Assembly: GCA_039586365.1 (NCBI GenBank)
Contig: JBDHKN010000037.1
Span: 1-64,000, forward strand
Source of the DNA: Gemmatimonadota bacterium
GTDB lineage: Bacteria > Gemmatimonadota > Gemmatimonadetes > Gemmatimonadales > GWC2-71-9
DNA length: 64,000 bases
Direction of reading: 5' to 3'
Shown here: piece after piece, positions 20,145 through 30,148 of the stretch
Numbering within the stretch: the first letter of the stretch is position 1
Layout of the letters: each line of letters starts with the position of its first letter
Notes under the pieces: generated by a model
The model's database searches: none
The model's input: the letters and a program-made list of their open reading frames with translations, nothing else
Told to the model about the DNA's origin: nothing
Program-made: the position numbers and the translations under genes

Positions 20145-20395
20145 TCGGGAGATCTGTCAGACTTCGGCTCCGTTCGGGGGTGCCCCCGTCGACGTTCTCA
20201 CCTCCTGCGACGTAACACAACACAGCCGGGAAACACGGCCCCCTCCAGCGATCCCGACACCCAGGCATATTCACACGTGGCACCACTGACAGCTCGTCAG
20301 GCCGCTTCCAAGTCGTGCCGGACTTATTGCCCCATCTCCCGACTCGGTTTACGTTGGTCGATCTGTCACAGCTACGACATGCATGAGGTTGTTTC

Positions 20396-20617
20396 TTGAG
20401 GCCCGACACCTGGCACCCTCCGAAGGCCTTTCTCACTTGGCTGACAGCCGGAGTGACTCTGTTCGCGGTGGTCGCCGTCGCCCTGACTACCGCATATCTG
20501 CTGACCTTTCTCTCCCGAGGCAAGCTCCCGCCAATCACGCCCTCAGCCATCTGGTTGCTCTACACCGCAGTAGCTGTCACTGGAGGCAAGGCCTGGAACG
20601 AGTGGCGCAAGGAATAG
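20396..20617 (+). CDS. Small two-TM protein
   Basis: RBS gaggt before TTG; two hydrophobic segments. Confidence 0.55.
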   Translation: MRPDTWHPPKAFLTWLTAGVTLFAVVAVALTTAYLLTFLSRGKLPPITPSAIWLLYTAVAVTGGKAWNEWRKE

Positions 20618-20919
20618 CGCAGCGTGTCACTCCGTTCGCAGACGTAGCATTCTTGGAAACAACACCGTGAGCATCACTAACGGCAGCTTCGTCACGAAGC
20701 GAGCACCTGGATGCTTTGGCGGCTGCTGATCCCCGAACTCCGACAGCAGGGGCTGTGACATTAGCACTCGATGAACGGAAGGGGCTCCCAACGGACGGGC
20801 GGCGAACCGGACGTGGCCCGATCAATCAGAGTGAACCCCGAAAGACATGAAGGAAGCCGCTGAAGCCTGTGGAACAACTACGACCCGCGGCTCAGCACGT
20901 ACGTCTCACTATGCCGACC

Positions 20920-21471
20920 TCACCGCGAAGTCTGCAGCACCGCCGCCGTCAACTCCGCGATCTCCCTCTCCAGGACGCCCTTGGATGAGCAGTTCACAGG
21001 GTACGAGTTCACGTCCCTCGCCTTGGCACTCGCATCGATTGCGGTGTGGACCTGGGTGCCGCCACCCGACCGCTCACTGACCCAGGTTACCAAAGACACG
21101 GTCACACGATAGGTATCGGCATTGGCACCGGTCATGCCGCGTCCGCAATCCAGGTAGCGCGAGAGTCGTCTGCCACCGATGCGGCTGGGATGGAAGCTGC
21201 CACTCCCGAGCCGCATGTTCATCGTGTCGACCACCGCTATGGGGATACGCAGCGAGTCGTAAACGACCGGAAGGGCACCCCACGCGGCCACCACACCAGC
21301 GCCAACCGAGTGTGCGGAGGCCGCGGTCCCATGAATCAGTTGGGCTTCGATGTCACCGCTCAGCTGGGTGATCGTCTGCCTGCCCGCTTCCGTGGGCGCG
21401 CCGTGTCGCGAGCTGGCGCAGCCAACGAACGCTAGAGCGACTGCAACGAGAAGCGTGCGAACGTGCTTCAT
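20920..21471 (-). CDS. Lipoprotein, hypothetical
   Basis: Lipobox FVGC; YLDCG and C-terminal CSSKGVLE; RBS ggag. Confidence 0.85.
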   Translation of the reverse strand: MKHVRTLLVAVALAFVGCASSRHGAPTEAGRQTITQLSGDIEAQLIHGTAASAHSVGAGVVAAWGALPVVYDSLRIPIAVVDTMNMRLGSGSFHPSRIGGRRLSRYLDCGRGMTGANADTYRVTVSLVTWVSERSGGGTQVHTAIDASAKARDVNSYPVNCSSKGVLEREIAELTAAVLQTSR

Positions 21472-21759
21472 TCAGTCTCCTGCAGGATCGCGGTCAACCT
21501 CCCACATCAACAAGTCCACCCCACGAAGAGTGCAGACTAGGCATAATGCGGCCTGCGCTGCCGCTGTGCCAATGTAGGATCACGAGAGCTTGGATCGCAA
21601 CTCTTGGAACACGGGTAGAGTCACGACCTGAGCTTGATTGCGTGGTGGTGGCGATGCCATCTGCCTGCGTGCGTCCAGCGTAACGGACTCGGTCCTGGCA
21701 TGAAACCACAGTATCTTGGCATACGTCAGGATTCCGAGTGACTATCACAGGAGCCTCGC

Positions 21760-22083
21760 ATGGATCCGCAGCTCATCGACCTCATCGAGGGCCCCCTGAT
21801 CATCTCGTTCTTGGTGGGGATCACCTATGTCGTGAAGCTCATGTTCTGGGGTAAAGGGCCCGTACGTAGGCTCAAGGGATCCGCCGAGCCTGAAGCGCTG
21901 GAGCGGCGTATCGCAGAGCTGGAGGAGCGCTGGGAGCATCACCTCACTCAAGTGGAATCCCTGCATTCAGGCCGCCTCGAGGAGTTGGAAGAGCGTGTCG
22001 ATTTCACCGAGCGGTTGCTGGCCCAACGACGGCAGGAGGAACCTCCGGCGGCTCTTCACCCGGGGGTCTCGAATCCCGAATGA
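21760..22083 (+). CDS. Small membrane-anchored coiled-coil protein
   Basis: N-terminal TM helix; LEELEERVDFTERLL; RBS aggag. Confidence 0.8.
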   Translation: MDPQLIDLIEGPLIISFLVGITYVVKLMFWGKGPVRRLKGSAEPEALERRIAELEERWEHHLTQVESLHSGRLEELEERVDFTERLLAQRRQEEPPAALHPGVSNPE

Positions 22084-22462
22084 CGGACGTCCGGCGGCAC
22101 CAACTGCGACGGTCCCGCTTCAAACCAGCACAACCATGAACCTGATCCCCGACACGCCGAGCGTGCCGGGGCCAATCGGACTGAATACTCGCAAATTCAC
22201 TCATTTCCTGTTTGCTTCGACCACCACTTCAATCTCATCATTACCCAACACCAACAGGCCCGGAAAGATCAACGGTTTCCTCATGAGTTCCTCCCACCAA
22301 TTGCGGTGTCTTTGTATCGCTTCTTGGAATGTAGGAACGCAGCAGGCCCTGGAGGGTTCTCAAGGTCGGCTCCTCGGGCCGCGGCGAATTTCGCCGGACC
22401 GACGAGGTAACGCGACCAGCCTAGTAGTCCGTCGGCCACGTGACTCTAACGAGCCTGCCGGA

Positions 22463-23146
22463 CTAGAAGTGGTAGTTGAAACCGAGCATGATCACCGGCT
22501 CGAACTTCGGCTGGCCGATAGCTGCGTCAGCCTCAGCGTACGTGTAGTCCTCGCGTGGGTTCACGTTGTCACCATCGGGACTGTACGCGGTATCATGACC
22601 GCTCAACGTACTGGAGACGAAGTATTCAGCGCCGGCAGTGACAACCATATCCACCCGCGACCCGACACCGAAATGGCTCTCCAAGCCACCACCGAATCCC
22701 CAGTGTCTGCTCGAGATATCGAAGTCTTCGTTGCCCCCGACGAAATTGAAGTTGCCGGTAAACCTGGCGTGGCGCACACCGCCGAAGAAATAGGCCCGCC
22801 GTAGCGACAGCACCTGCGCGGGGTATAGGAAGTCCAACCTGAAGTTCCAGGTCCTGCCACTCTCCTCCGGTATACCGTTGGTGTTGTTGTTGATGAAGAT
22901 GCGCCGAGCATCAATGGCTACTCCGGGTTCGACCGAAGTGCGACGGATACCCAAACGGGCCTGAAACGGGAAGCCCTGTGCGAAGTCTGCTACGACACCC
23001 TGCAATTCGACACCCAGACCAGAGTTGTAACCCACCTGGAGACCGGCTGCAAACCGTGGCTGCGACGATCCGCCCGGTACTTGCGCGGTCAGCCCGGAGC
23101 TGAGAGCGCCCAGTAAAGCGAGTCCCACCGCTGTCTTCCTGACCAT
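22463..23146 (-). CDS. Outer-membrane beta-barrel protein
   Basis: Signal peptide, alternating beta-strand pattern, C-terminal LGFNYHF; RBS ggagg. Confidence 0.85.
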   Translation of the reverse strand: MVRKTAVGLALLGALSSGLTAQVPGGSSQPRFAAGLQVGYNSGLGVELQGVVADFAQGFPFQARLGIRRTSVEPGVAIDARRIFINNNTNGIPEESGRTWNFRLDFLYPAQVLSLRRAYFFGGVRHARFTGNFNFVGGNEDFDISSRHWGFGGGLESHFGVGSRVDMVVTAGAEYFVSSTLSGHDTAYSPDGDNVNPREDYTYAEADAAIGQPKFEPVIMLGFNYHF

Positions 23147-23288
23147 TGTGATCCCTCCAACTCAGTGCGATGACGCAACTTCCAGCAGGCTGAGCCAGCC
23201 AGCTATGACTTAAGTCACAGCCTACACGCAATGGCAAAAACCGTTCCCAAGCCCCGCACCACAATAGTCTAACTGCCACCCGCGATCT

Positions 23289-23720
23289 TCAGCGGTGCCC
23301 GCGGCCGCCACCCCTGTCAATTCTGTGAGGCGGCATTCCGGCCGCCCTTCTCAGTTCGTGCGGCTTGATCGCTACAGGTACGAGTCGAACGGTCACAGCG
23401 GTGTCAGCAGACAGCTGTATCGCGACCTCCCGCGGTTGGTGTCCCATGCACCGAATCCGCAAGGTGTAACTGCCTGCTTCGGCCACCAGAACGAACCTAC
23501 CGTCGGTCCCCGATTTGGTTGCAACGACCGTGTCGCGGTCGGAGTTCAGCAGGACAACATCGAGACCCTTGATGGGCGCTGCGGTCACGCTGTCAACCAC
23601 CTGGCCACGGATGGTCTGGGAGTGAAGCGGAGTCACGAGAACACCGACCAAGGCTGCAACTGTAAGCACGCTCTGCCAGAAACTCATCTGCCCACCTCTG
23701 GTCAAGATGACGGTGTGCAC
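23289..23720 (-). CDS. Secreted stand-alone carboxypeptidase-regulatory-like domain (possibly a truncated TonB-dependent receptor)
   Basis: QTIRGQVVDSVTAAPI...SGTDGRF...GSYTLRI..MG; RBS aggagg. The ORF ends soon after the domain. Confidence 0.7.
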   Translation of the reverse strand: MHTVILTRGGQMSFWQSVLTVAALVGVLVTPLHSQTIRGQVVDSVTAAPIKGLDVVLLNSDRDTVVATKSGTDGRFVLVAEAGSYTLRIRCMGHQPREVAIQLSADTAVTVRLVPVAIKPHELRRAAGMPPHRIDRGGGRGHR

Positions 23721-24027
23721 AGATACCTCCTGAGTAGGACGTTAGTGGTAGCGTCGGTGGTCTTGGTCTCGTCGTCAGCGGGCGTCGTACTGCGGCGTCT
23801 GTCAGGCGGCGGGGCAGGCTAAGGCCACCGGCGTACTCCATGCATTCGCAGTGAGGCTCAGGTGACTACAGAATCATGTGTCCTGGGTGGGGCGTCGGCA
23901 AGTGGCAGTTATGACAGCACCACGCTCTCGGGCTTGCTTGAGCCAGGGCGATCATCCATATACCATGTGCCCTGCGTAATGCCGGCCAGCAGTTGGAATC
24001 CAGAACTACCCTACCGGGAGGCTATAG

Positions 24028-26136
24028 ATGTTCAGACGAGCGACTTTCCTCGCAGCCGCATTTGCGCTGCTGTCCAGCGCAGCGGGTCTGGCTCAAATGA
24101 CGCCGTGGTACCAATGGACCTTGCTTACCCCAGAGACCATGGACGAGATCATCGGGGAGGCTTCGGGCGAGACAGCGTACAACACCATCATGGAGACCGG
24201 CGGATACAACAAGGACCGTTTGGCGCCAGAGTACGAGGGGACCTACTACGAAACACAGTACATCTACGATCAGCTGTTGCTCTACGGCCTCCCGGGTGCT
24301 GAGATAGCACGTTTCCCTGGCGGGCAAGTCTGGGATGGTATCAAAGGAGAGCTTTGGGAGGTAAGCCCCATACGACAAAAGCTCGCTTCCTATCAGGACA
24401 TGAGGGCGATGCTCGCCAATGGGAGCACGGACGCGGACGTCACCGCCGAGCTCGTATGGGTAGGCAGGGGAACGACGGAGGAGTTGGAGGGGATGGATGT
24501 CCGCGGCAAGATAGTTGTCACTGAAGGCTCGATTGGCAGCGTGCACCAGCAAGCTTGCCAGACAATGGGCGCACTTGGCGTCGTCTCGGTTGCCAACAAC
24601 CGGCCTCACTTTGATCCACTGCAGATTCCGTGGAGTGGTGTCAGGGGACGGGGTGCAGGAGATCAGCCAGCAAAGTTCGGTTTCTTCATCCCCCCACGCG
24701 AGGGGGCAGAGCTCAAGAGGCGGCTGCTGGATGGACACCGGATTACAGTCCGTGCCGAGGTAGAGACTACAATCAGACAATACGATCTCGAGGACCCAGT
24801 CGCGTACATCCCCGGCACCGATCCCGAGGCCGGTGAGGTGATCCTCTCAGCGCACCTGTTTGAGGGCTACGTTAAGCAAGGTGCCAATGACAACAAGTCT
24901 GGCAGCGCCACCATTCTCGAGGTTGCCCGCACGCTCCACACACTCATCGAGCAAGGCCGGATTCCCCGTCCCAGGCGGACGATCAGGTTCCTGTGGGGAC
25001 CGGAGTTCTCCGGCACCGGTCCGTGGGTTGTGGCGCACAAGGACATCATGGAGCGTACGCTGGCCAACATAAACATGGACATGGTGGGCGAGTGGCTGAG
25101 CTTGAACAAGGCCTACATGACACTCGTGCGAACCTCGTACGGCAATCCTCACTTCGTCAATGACGTGATGGAGAACTACTATCGGTTCGTAGGAGAGGCC
25201 AACCGGGAGCGAATCCAGAACCGACGGGATTATTTCAAGATCCCGCGCAGGATTGTGGCACCTTCCGGAGCAGATGAACCATTCTACTACGCCATCGACA
25301 CTCATTACGGCGCATCGGATCACATGGTGTTCAACGATTGGGGAGTTCAGGTGCCCGGCATCATGATGATTGCGTGGCCGGACCAGTGGTACCACACTTC
25401 CGGCGACAGGGTCGATAAATCCGATCCGACCCAGCTGAAGCGGGTAGCGGTAATAGGTGCAGCCGGTGCATACACGATAGCGAGCGCAGATGACGACATG
25501 GCGATAAGGCTCGCCGGCGAGATCGCCAGCAACGGGACCCGGCGCCTCGGCCATCAGTTTGCGATGGGGCTGGAGCGACTAAACGGCGCGGGCGCCAGCG
25601 ACCTGCTCGATCAGTACAAATGGGCTCGGGCACACGTCGAAGCGGCGATTATTAACGAAAAGAGCACGCTGGAAACGGTGCTACAGCTCGCGACTGACAC
25701 GGACAGGGTCGGAGCCTACGTGAGTAAGATGCAGGAGACCGTCGCACAGATCGGAGAGACTCATCTTGCAGCGCTAGAGACGCACATGGAGGCGGCGGCT
25801 CTACGGTGTGGGGCTCAACCGGTCCAGCTGCGGATGACCGATCTGGAGCGCAGGGCAGCACGCCTGGTCCCGAGGCAGACCTCACGGGTGAAGGAGAACG
25901 GATACCGCGGCTGGCAGGTCTATCTGCAGCAAGTCGCGCCAGAAGCGCGGCAGCGGTTTCCGTATGGCAACGAAGACATCGCCAGCACCAGTGAACTGAA
26001 TCTGCTCATCAACGGTAAGAACAGCGTATTGGACATCAAGAAGATGCTGGATGCTCAGTACCAGACCACCTCAGATCTCCAGGCGATCATCAACTACATC
26101 GAGATCCTCAAGCTGGCAGGCCTGGCAGAAATGTAG
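24028..26136 (+). CDS. Secreted M28 family peptidase with PA domain
   Basis: Signal peptide; motifs SAHL, GANDNKSG, PEF, NMDMVG, SDH and YHTSGD. Confidence 0.92.
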   Translation: MFRRATFLAAAFALLSSAAGLAQMTPWYQWTLLTPETMDEIIGEASGETAYNTIMETGGYNKDRLAPEYEGTYYETQYIYDQLLLYGLPGAEIARFPGGQVWDGIKGELWEVSPIRQKLASYQDMRAMLANGSTDADVTAELVWVGRGTTEELEGMDVRGKIVVTEGSIGSVHQQACQTMGALGVVSVANNRPHFDPLQIPWSGVRGRGAGDQPAKFGFFIPPREGAELKRRLLDGHRITVRAEVETTIRQYDLEDPVAYIPGTDPEAGEVILSAHLFEGYVKQGANDNKSGSATILEVARTLHTLIEQGRIPRPRRTIRFLWGPEFSGTGPWVVAHKDIMERTLANINMDMVGEWLSLNKAYMTLVRTSYGNPHFVNDVMENYYRFVGEANRERIQNRRDYFKIPRRIVAPSGADEPFYYAIDTHYGASDHMVFNDWGVQVPGIMMIAWPDQWYHTSGDRVDKSDPTQLKRVAVIGAAGAYTIASADDDMAIRLAGEIASNGTRRLGHQFAMGLERLNGAGASDLLDQYKWARAHVEAAIINEKSTLETVLQLATDTDRVGAYVSKMQETVAQIGETHLAALETHMEAAALRCGAQPVQLRMTDLERRAARLVPRQTSRVKENGYRGWQVYLQQVAPEARQRFPYGNEDIASTSELNLLINGKNSVLDIKKMLDAQYQTTSDLQAIINYIEILKLAGLAEM

Positions 26137-26160
26137 GTCCGGTAGCAAGCAGCTGTGCGT

Positions 26161-26191
26161 CAAGAGGGGCGAGTGAGACCCGCCCCTCTTG
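26161..26191. terminator. Hairpin between convergent genes (probable bidirectional terminator)
   Basis: caagaggggcg ... cgcccctcttg, an 11-bp perfect stem. Confidence 0.75.
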
Positions 26192-26196
26192 TTCTC

Positions 26197-26610
26197 TCAA
26201 ATCCCAAGGGCCTTTACTGCTCTCTGGTATTCTTCGGCTTCTACATACAAGACATAACCAAAACCACCCCTACCATCAGCCACTCCGCTGGACACAGAGA
26301 CATTGACATCGGCTTCATACAGCGTTTCGTGGATACCCTCCAGCGCACCAAGCTCGTCGTCCCCCTGAACCAGCAATGCCGGGTGCGGTCCATCGACCTT
26401 CCATCCGGCCTGTTTGGCCTCGTGCGCCAGCTTAGCCGTATCCTCCGGAAACAGCGTGACCCGAGTGTTCATTGGACCCTCGGGGAACAAGGCAAAAGCA
26501 ACGAGATTGACCCCCAACGCTTTGAGCTGGGAGAGCCGCTTATACGCTTCTCCCGGACGGTCTCGTACTTTCGTGTTGTAGTAGTAGATCCTGCTGATCG
26601 TCGTCGCCAT
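26197..26610 (-). CDS. ACT-domain-pair protein
   Basis: DRPGEA..L..L...GVNL and DELGAL..I...L..ADVNV; RBS ggagg. Confidence 0.85.
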   Translation of the reverse strand: MATTISRIYYYNTKVRDRPGEAYKRLSQLKALGVNLVAFALFPEGPMNTRVTLFPEDTAKLAHEAKQAGWKVDGPHPALLVQGDDELGALEGIHETLYEADVNVSVSSGVADGRGGFGYVLYVEAEEYQRAVKALGI

Positions 26611-26813
26611 GACGCCTCCTCCTGGCCTCCTGCCGCCAGGGCAGCAGGCCGTCGGCACCCCTCGATTGCCATCGTTCTGAATCCTACAGCTGCGCGGATG
26701 CCGCAGCTATGATGCAGCTTGGAGCCCGCTCCTGCAAGTAGGGGACAAGAGCCTGCACAGACAGATCAGCAACACCGGCTACCGCCGTGGCGGTGCCGGT
26801 GTCATACCGCTGC

Positions 26814-27260
26814 TCAAAGCGATGGAATGCGGAGGACCTGACCGGGGTAGATCAGGTTGGGATCCTCCAACATGGGCTGGTTGGCCTCGAAGATCACGGT
26901 GTACTTCATGACATCACCGTAGTACTCCTTGGCAATCTTGGACAGTGAATCGCCCTTTTTCACCGTGTAGAACTGTGCCTCTGCAGCCGTTTCGGCCGTC
27001 TCCAGGCGGTCGTCGACCCGAGCAACACCCTCAGTGTTCCCTAGCGCTAGTACGACCTTCTCACGCTCGGCCTGAGTCTTGGTGGTGCCCGACACGGTAA
27101 CCACGCCATCGTCGAATTTCACCTGCAGATCATCAACTTCTAGCCCGAGACCCATCACGAACCTTCTCAACTTGTTCGACTTGATAGCCTCGTCGACCTG
27201 CTCCTGTGACACGTCCTCTTCCTTGCGTCCAGAGCTCTTGAGAAAATCGAACACACCCAC
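26814..27260 (-). CDS. BON + LysM protein (Kbp/YgaU-like)
   Basis: GVFDFLK, REKVVLALGNTEGVARVDD and YTVKKGDSLSKIAKEYYG..IYPGQVLRIP; GTG start after aaggag. Confidence 0.92.
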   Translation of the reverse strand: MGVFDFLKSSGRKEEDVSQEQVDEAIKSNKLRRFVMGLGLEVDDLQVKFDDGVVTVSGTTKTQAEREKVVLALGNTEGVARVDDRLETAETAAEAQFYTVKKGDSLSKIAKEYYGDVMKYTVIFEANQPMLEDPNLIYPGQVLRIPSL

Positions 27261-27297
27261 GCTAGTCTCCTTGTTCCGGGTTATGTCGAGATACGAG

Positions 27298-27897
27298 TCA
27301 GCGACCCCCAAAGAGGCCACCCAGCAAACCCTTCCCAAGCTTCGCGGCAATGTCGTCTGCGATGCTCCCGTCCCCATCCGCGTCCAGCAGTTGCCCGAGC
27401 ATCCCGGCCGCGGGGCTCGACTGTTCCATATGTTGCCGCTCCGATCCCAGCATGCTGGCGAGTGCCCCGGCATCCAGGTTCTGCTGGCGCTTCTGTCGAC
27501 CCAACGCACCCATCACAATCGGGGCCAAGATGGGGAGCAATTTCGTGACCATCGAAAGATCCAAGCCACTTGCTTTGCTGACACCGGTCTCAACCGCGTT
27601 GCGCCGGCCACCCAACAAGTGGCCGAGGATTCCGTTGCCGTCATCGACGTCGGGGGAGTCCAGAAACCCGCCTAGGTTGTCCATCACCCCGCCGTCGTGC
27701 TTGCCCAGCGCCCGTTCCAGCGCCTCAGCACCGCTCGTCTGGGCCGTGTTCTTCGCGAGGGCACTGAGCAAGACTGGCAATGCCGCTCCCACAGCATTCT
27801 GAGTTGTGGTGGGATCGGCACCGACCTGGCGACTCAGCCGGCCCACGCTCTGTTGGTTGGTCAGTTGCTCCAGGAGCATCTGTGCTAGTGATGACAT
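27298..27897 (-). CDS. DUF937 family protein
   Basis: Motifs ALPVLLSAL, GAEAL..AL..HDG, DGNGILGHLLG and LDADGDG. Confidence 0.88.
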   Translation of the reverse strand: MSSLAQMLLEQLTNQQSVGRLSRQVGADPTTTQNAVGAALPVLLSALAKNTAQTSGAEALERALGKHDGGVMDNLGGFLDSPDVDDGNGILGHLLGGRRNAVETGVSKASGLDLSMVTKLLPILAPIVMGALGRQKRQQNLDAGALASMLGSERQHMEQSSPAAGMLGQLLDADGDGSIADDIAAKLGKGLLGGLFGGR

Positions 27898-28297
27898 TTG
27901 TCGTCTCCGCGGCGAGAGTTAGCAGCAGTCACAGCGTTCGCGTCTCCGACCACAGGATCGTAGTGCGCCCCCGCAAACCTGAAGTGAGTAAAACTAAGCA
28001 CCGGCCGGCTCAACGAAAGGACTCGCTTGAGCAGTAGTCCTCGCTACCATCCCGTACCCGCACCACCTTGCAGGTTTAGCTCAGTTCGACAGCAAGGTCC
28101 CGATCTTCGATCAGCGAAGGACCAACAGTGACGGATCGTGGGACAGAGCTGTACTCACGCGCATGATAGTGAGGTCAATCACAGTTTCGTAGATCGACCG
28201 GCGGGATATTGAGTGCCACCAGCAGCGATGGCGGCTGTAGGATCCGGTACGCCGTGAAACTCAACTTGAGTCAGTCAGAAACGGGAGTGCTCCGACC

Positions 28298-28795
28298 ATG
28301 AAAGCACGCGGACTAATCTCCATCATGGCCTGCACAATCGTGTGTGCCTGCGGCAGCGATACAGACCAAGTGAGACAGGTCGCCGAGGCGTTCTGGGACG
28401 CCAGCAAGGCCGGGGACATGGAGTTGGCCCAAACATACGTGAGCGAGTCCAGTACCTTCAGGCCCAACCAATCAGACAACGATTCACCTCCTGGCGATGT
28501 GAAGCTCGGACGGATCGAGGTGAACGGAGACGAGGCCACGGTCGAAACCACCGTCACAGGACTCAATGAGGAGACCCCCTTTGATGTAGAGTTCGAGACC
28601 GCCATGGTACTCGAGAACGGCGAGTGGAAAGTGAATATGGACAAGACCGCCGGTAGCATGATGCAGGGTGCTTTTGCAGCTATGGCTGAGGCGATGGGTA
28701 GCGCAATGTCTGGATTGGCGGAAGGGATGGCCGGTGCGCTCAAAGAGGGTTTTGAGAACATGGGGGATTCACTGGCAAACACCGCCAAGAGATAG
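28298..28795 (+). CDS. Lipoprotein, NTF2-like (DUF4878-like)
   Basis: Lipobox CAC; GDEATV...ENGEWKV; RBS gggag. Confidence 0.8.
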   Translation: MKARGLISIMACTIVCACGSDTDQVRQVAEAFWDASKAGDMELAQTYVSESSTFRPNQSDNDSPPGDVKLGRIEVNGDEATVETTVTGLNEETPFDVEFETAMVLENGEWKVNMDKTAGSMMQGAFAAMAEAMGSAMSGLAEGMAGALKEGFENMGDSLANTAKR

Positions 28796-28832
28796 ACTGA
28801 CAGCTATCGGCGGTCGGCTGTCGGGAGTGAGC

Positions 28833-29633
28833 ATGAGGAAACTACTGGTCATCGGTACTTCGATGCCGGTCATCTCATTCATTGGCTTCGGCCTGACCAG
28901 CTGCAATAACAGCCCATTCGAAACCGACGACGCCTTCGCAGGTGCCGTCATCGCCGGGCATGAAGCGGCTGTGGCCTTCGACACGCTCCCGTTGAATCTG
29001 CTCGACTTCATCCGGGACAACTACAGGATCTACTACGGCCACACCTCGCATGGCAGCCAGATCATGACTGGGCTCAATATGCTGGCGACACAGAGCGCCG
29101 ACTACGCACTCCCCGACTTCCACGAGGTGAGTGGAGATCTGGGCTACAACGGCGACGTCACTTGGGCCAGTTCCACTCGCACCTTCCTGGAAGCCCACCC
29201 GGGTGAGTACAACGTCGTAATGTGGTCATGGTGTGGCGGTGTGTCGGACAACACCACTGCCGGTATCCAAACCTATCTGGACACCATGTCACAGCTCGAG
29301 GCGGATTATCCATTCGTCACATTCATCTACATGACCGGCCACTTGGACGGCACTGGTACCAGCGGGAACCTCTACGCACGCAACGACCAGATCCGTGTCT
29401 TCACATCCACCAATAGAAAGGCGCTGTTCGACTTCGCAGACGTCGAAAGCTATGACCCGGCGGGTCACTACTACTCGGACGCATCCGACGACTGCGGTTG
29501 GTGTTCGGATTGGTGTGCCACACACAGCTGTCCCACCTGTTCCTCGTGCGCACACTCACACTGTCTCAACTGCTATCTGAAGGGGAAAGCGTTCTGGTCG
29601 ATGATGGCGCAGATCGCCGGCCGTGAGTCGTAG
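28833..29633 (+). CDS. Lipoprotein of unknown function with Cys-rich C-terminus
   Basis: Lipobox LTSC; motifs YGHTSHGSQ, MWSWCG, YMTGH, LFDFADVESYDP and CAHS. Confidence 0.8.
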   Translation: MRKLLVIGTSMPVISFIGFGLTSCNNSPFETDDAFAGAVIAGHEAAVAFDTLPLNLLDFIRDNYRIYYGHTSHGSQIMTGLNMLATQSADYALPDFHEVSGDLGYNGDVTWASSTRTFLEAHPGEYNVVMWSWCGGVSDNTTAGIQTYLDTMSQLEADYPFVTFIYMTGHLDGTGTSGNLYARNDQIRVFTSTNRKALFDFADVESYDPAGHYYSDASDDCGWCSDWCATHSCPTCSSCAHSHCLNCYLKGKAFWSMMAQIAGRES

Positions 29634-29734
29634 CCGTCAAACGTCGGCTCATAACAGGACCGATGCTCAGTTGGAACCCAACCGATCCTTGGCGGGTGGA
29701 GCGTTGCGGGCGCCCTGGTTGAGATCGGAGCGCT

Positions 29735-29932
29735 CTAGTTAACACCAGGTCTGCCAGCTACCATGTTGGCGTATGCCTCGAGTGCCTCGGCAGTCGACAC
29801 GTACTTGAAGGTCATGTCGGTGATCCTAAGTAGCTCCTCCTCGCTCATGAGAAGTTCCATGTCCGCACGCTGGAAGTGAGCGTAGATGTCCTGGGCAGAG
29901 ACGACTACCGGCACCAGAGTAAAGCGTTGCAC
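29735..29932 (-). CDS. Short hypothetical protein or gene remnant
   Basis: 65-aa ORF. The frame continues upstream past a single TGA at 29975-29977. Confidence 0.35.
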   Translation of the reverse strand: MQRFTLVPVVVSAQDIYAHFQRADMELLMSEEELLRITDMTFKYVSTAEALEAYANMVAGRPGVN

Positions 29933-30148
29933 ATCGATCCTTAGATTGAGGATAGCGAGAGTGAACCACAGATCTCAAACGGCCTTGAGAGAGGACCGCA
30001 ACAAGTCTCGCGCATCCCATGGATCGAGGCTGTGAGTCAGATCACGGTGTCGGTCTCGGTTTTGATCCGGTTGTCTCGTTGGCACTCAACATCACCTTGA
30101 GTCAAGTCTCCGGCAGCCTAACCACGAGGGAGCCTCCCGCTGGCTGTT

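Noticed and set aside
26135..26153. aggtccggtagcaagcagc resembles SRP RNA helix 8 (AGGTCCGGAAGGAAGCAGC)
   Set aside because: The two mismatches destroy the GNRA loop and a closing pair. It overlaps the M28 stop codon and has no long flanking stem.
28070..28125. gcaggtttagctcagtt resembles a tRNA 5' end
   Set aside because: There is no anticodon arm, TTC T-arm or acceptor complement at the right distance.
29500..29575. Cys cluster as c-type heme-binding sites
   Set aside because: The pattern is CxxCAH, not CxxCH.
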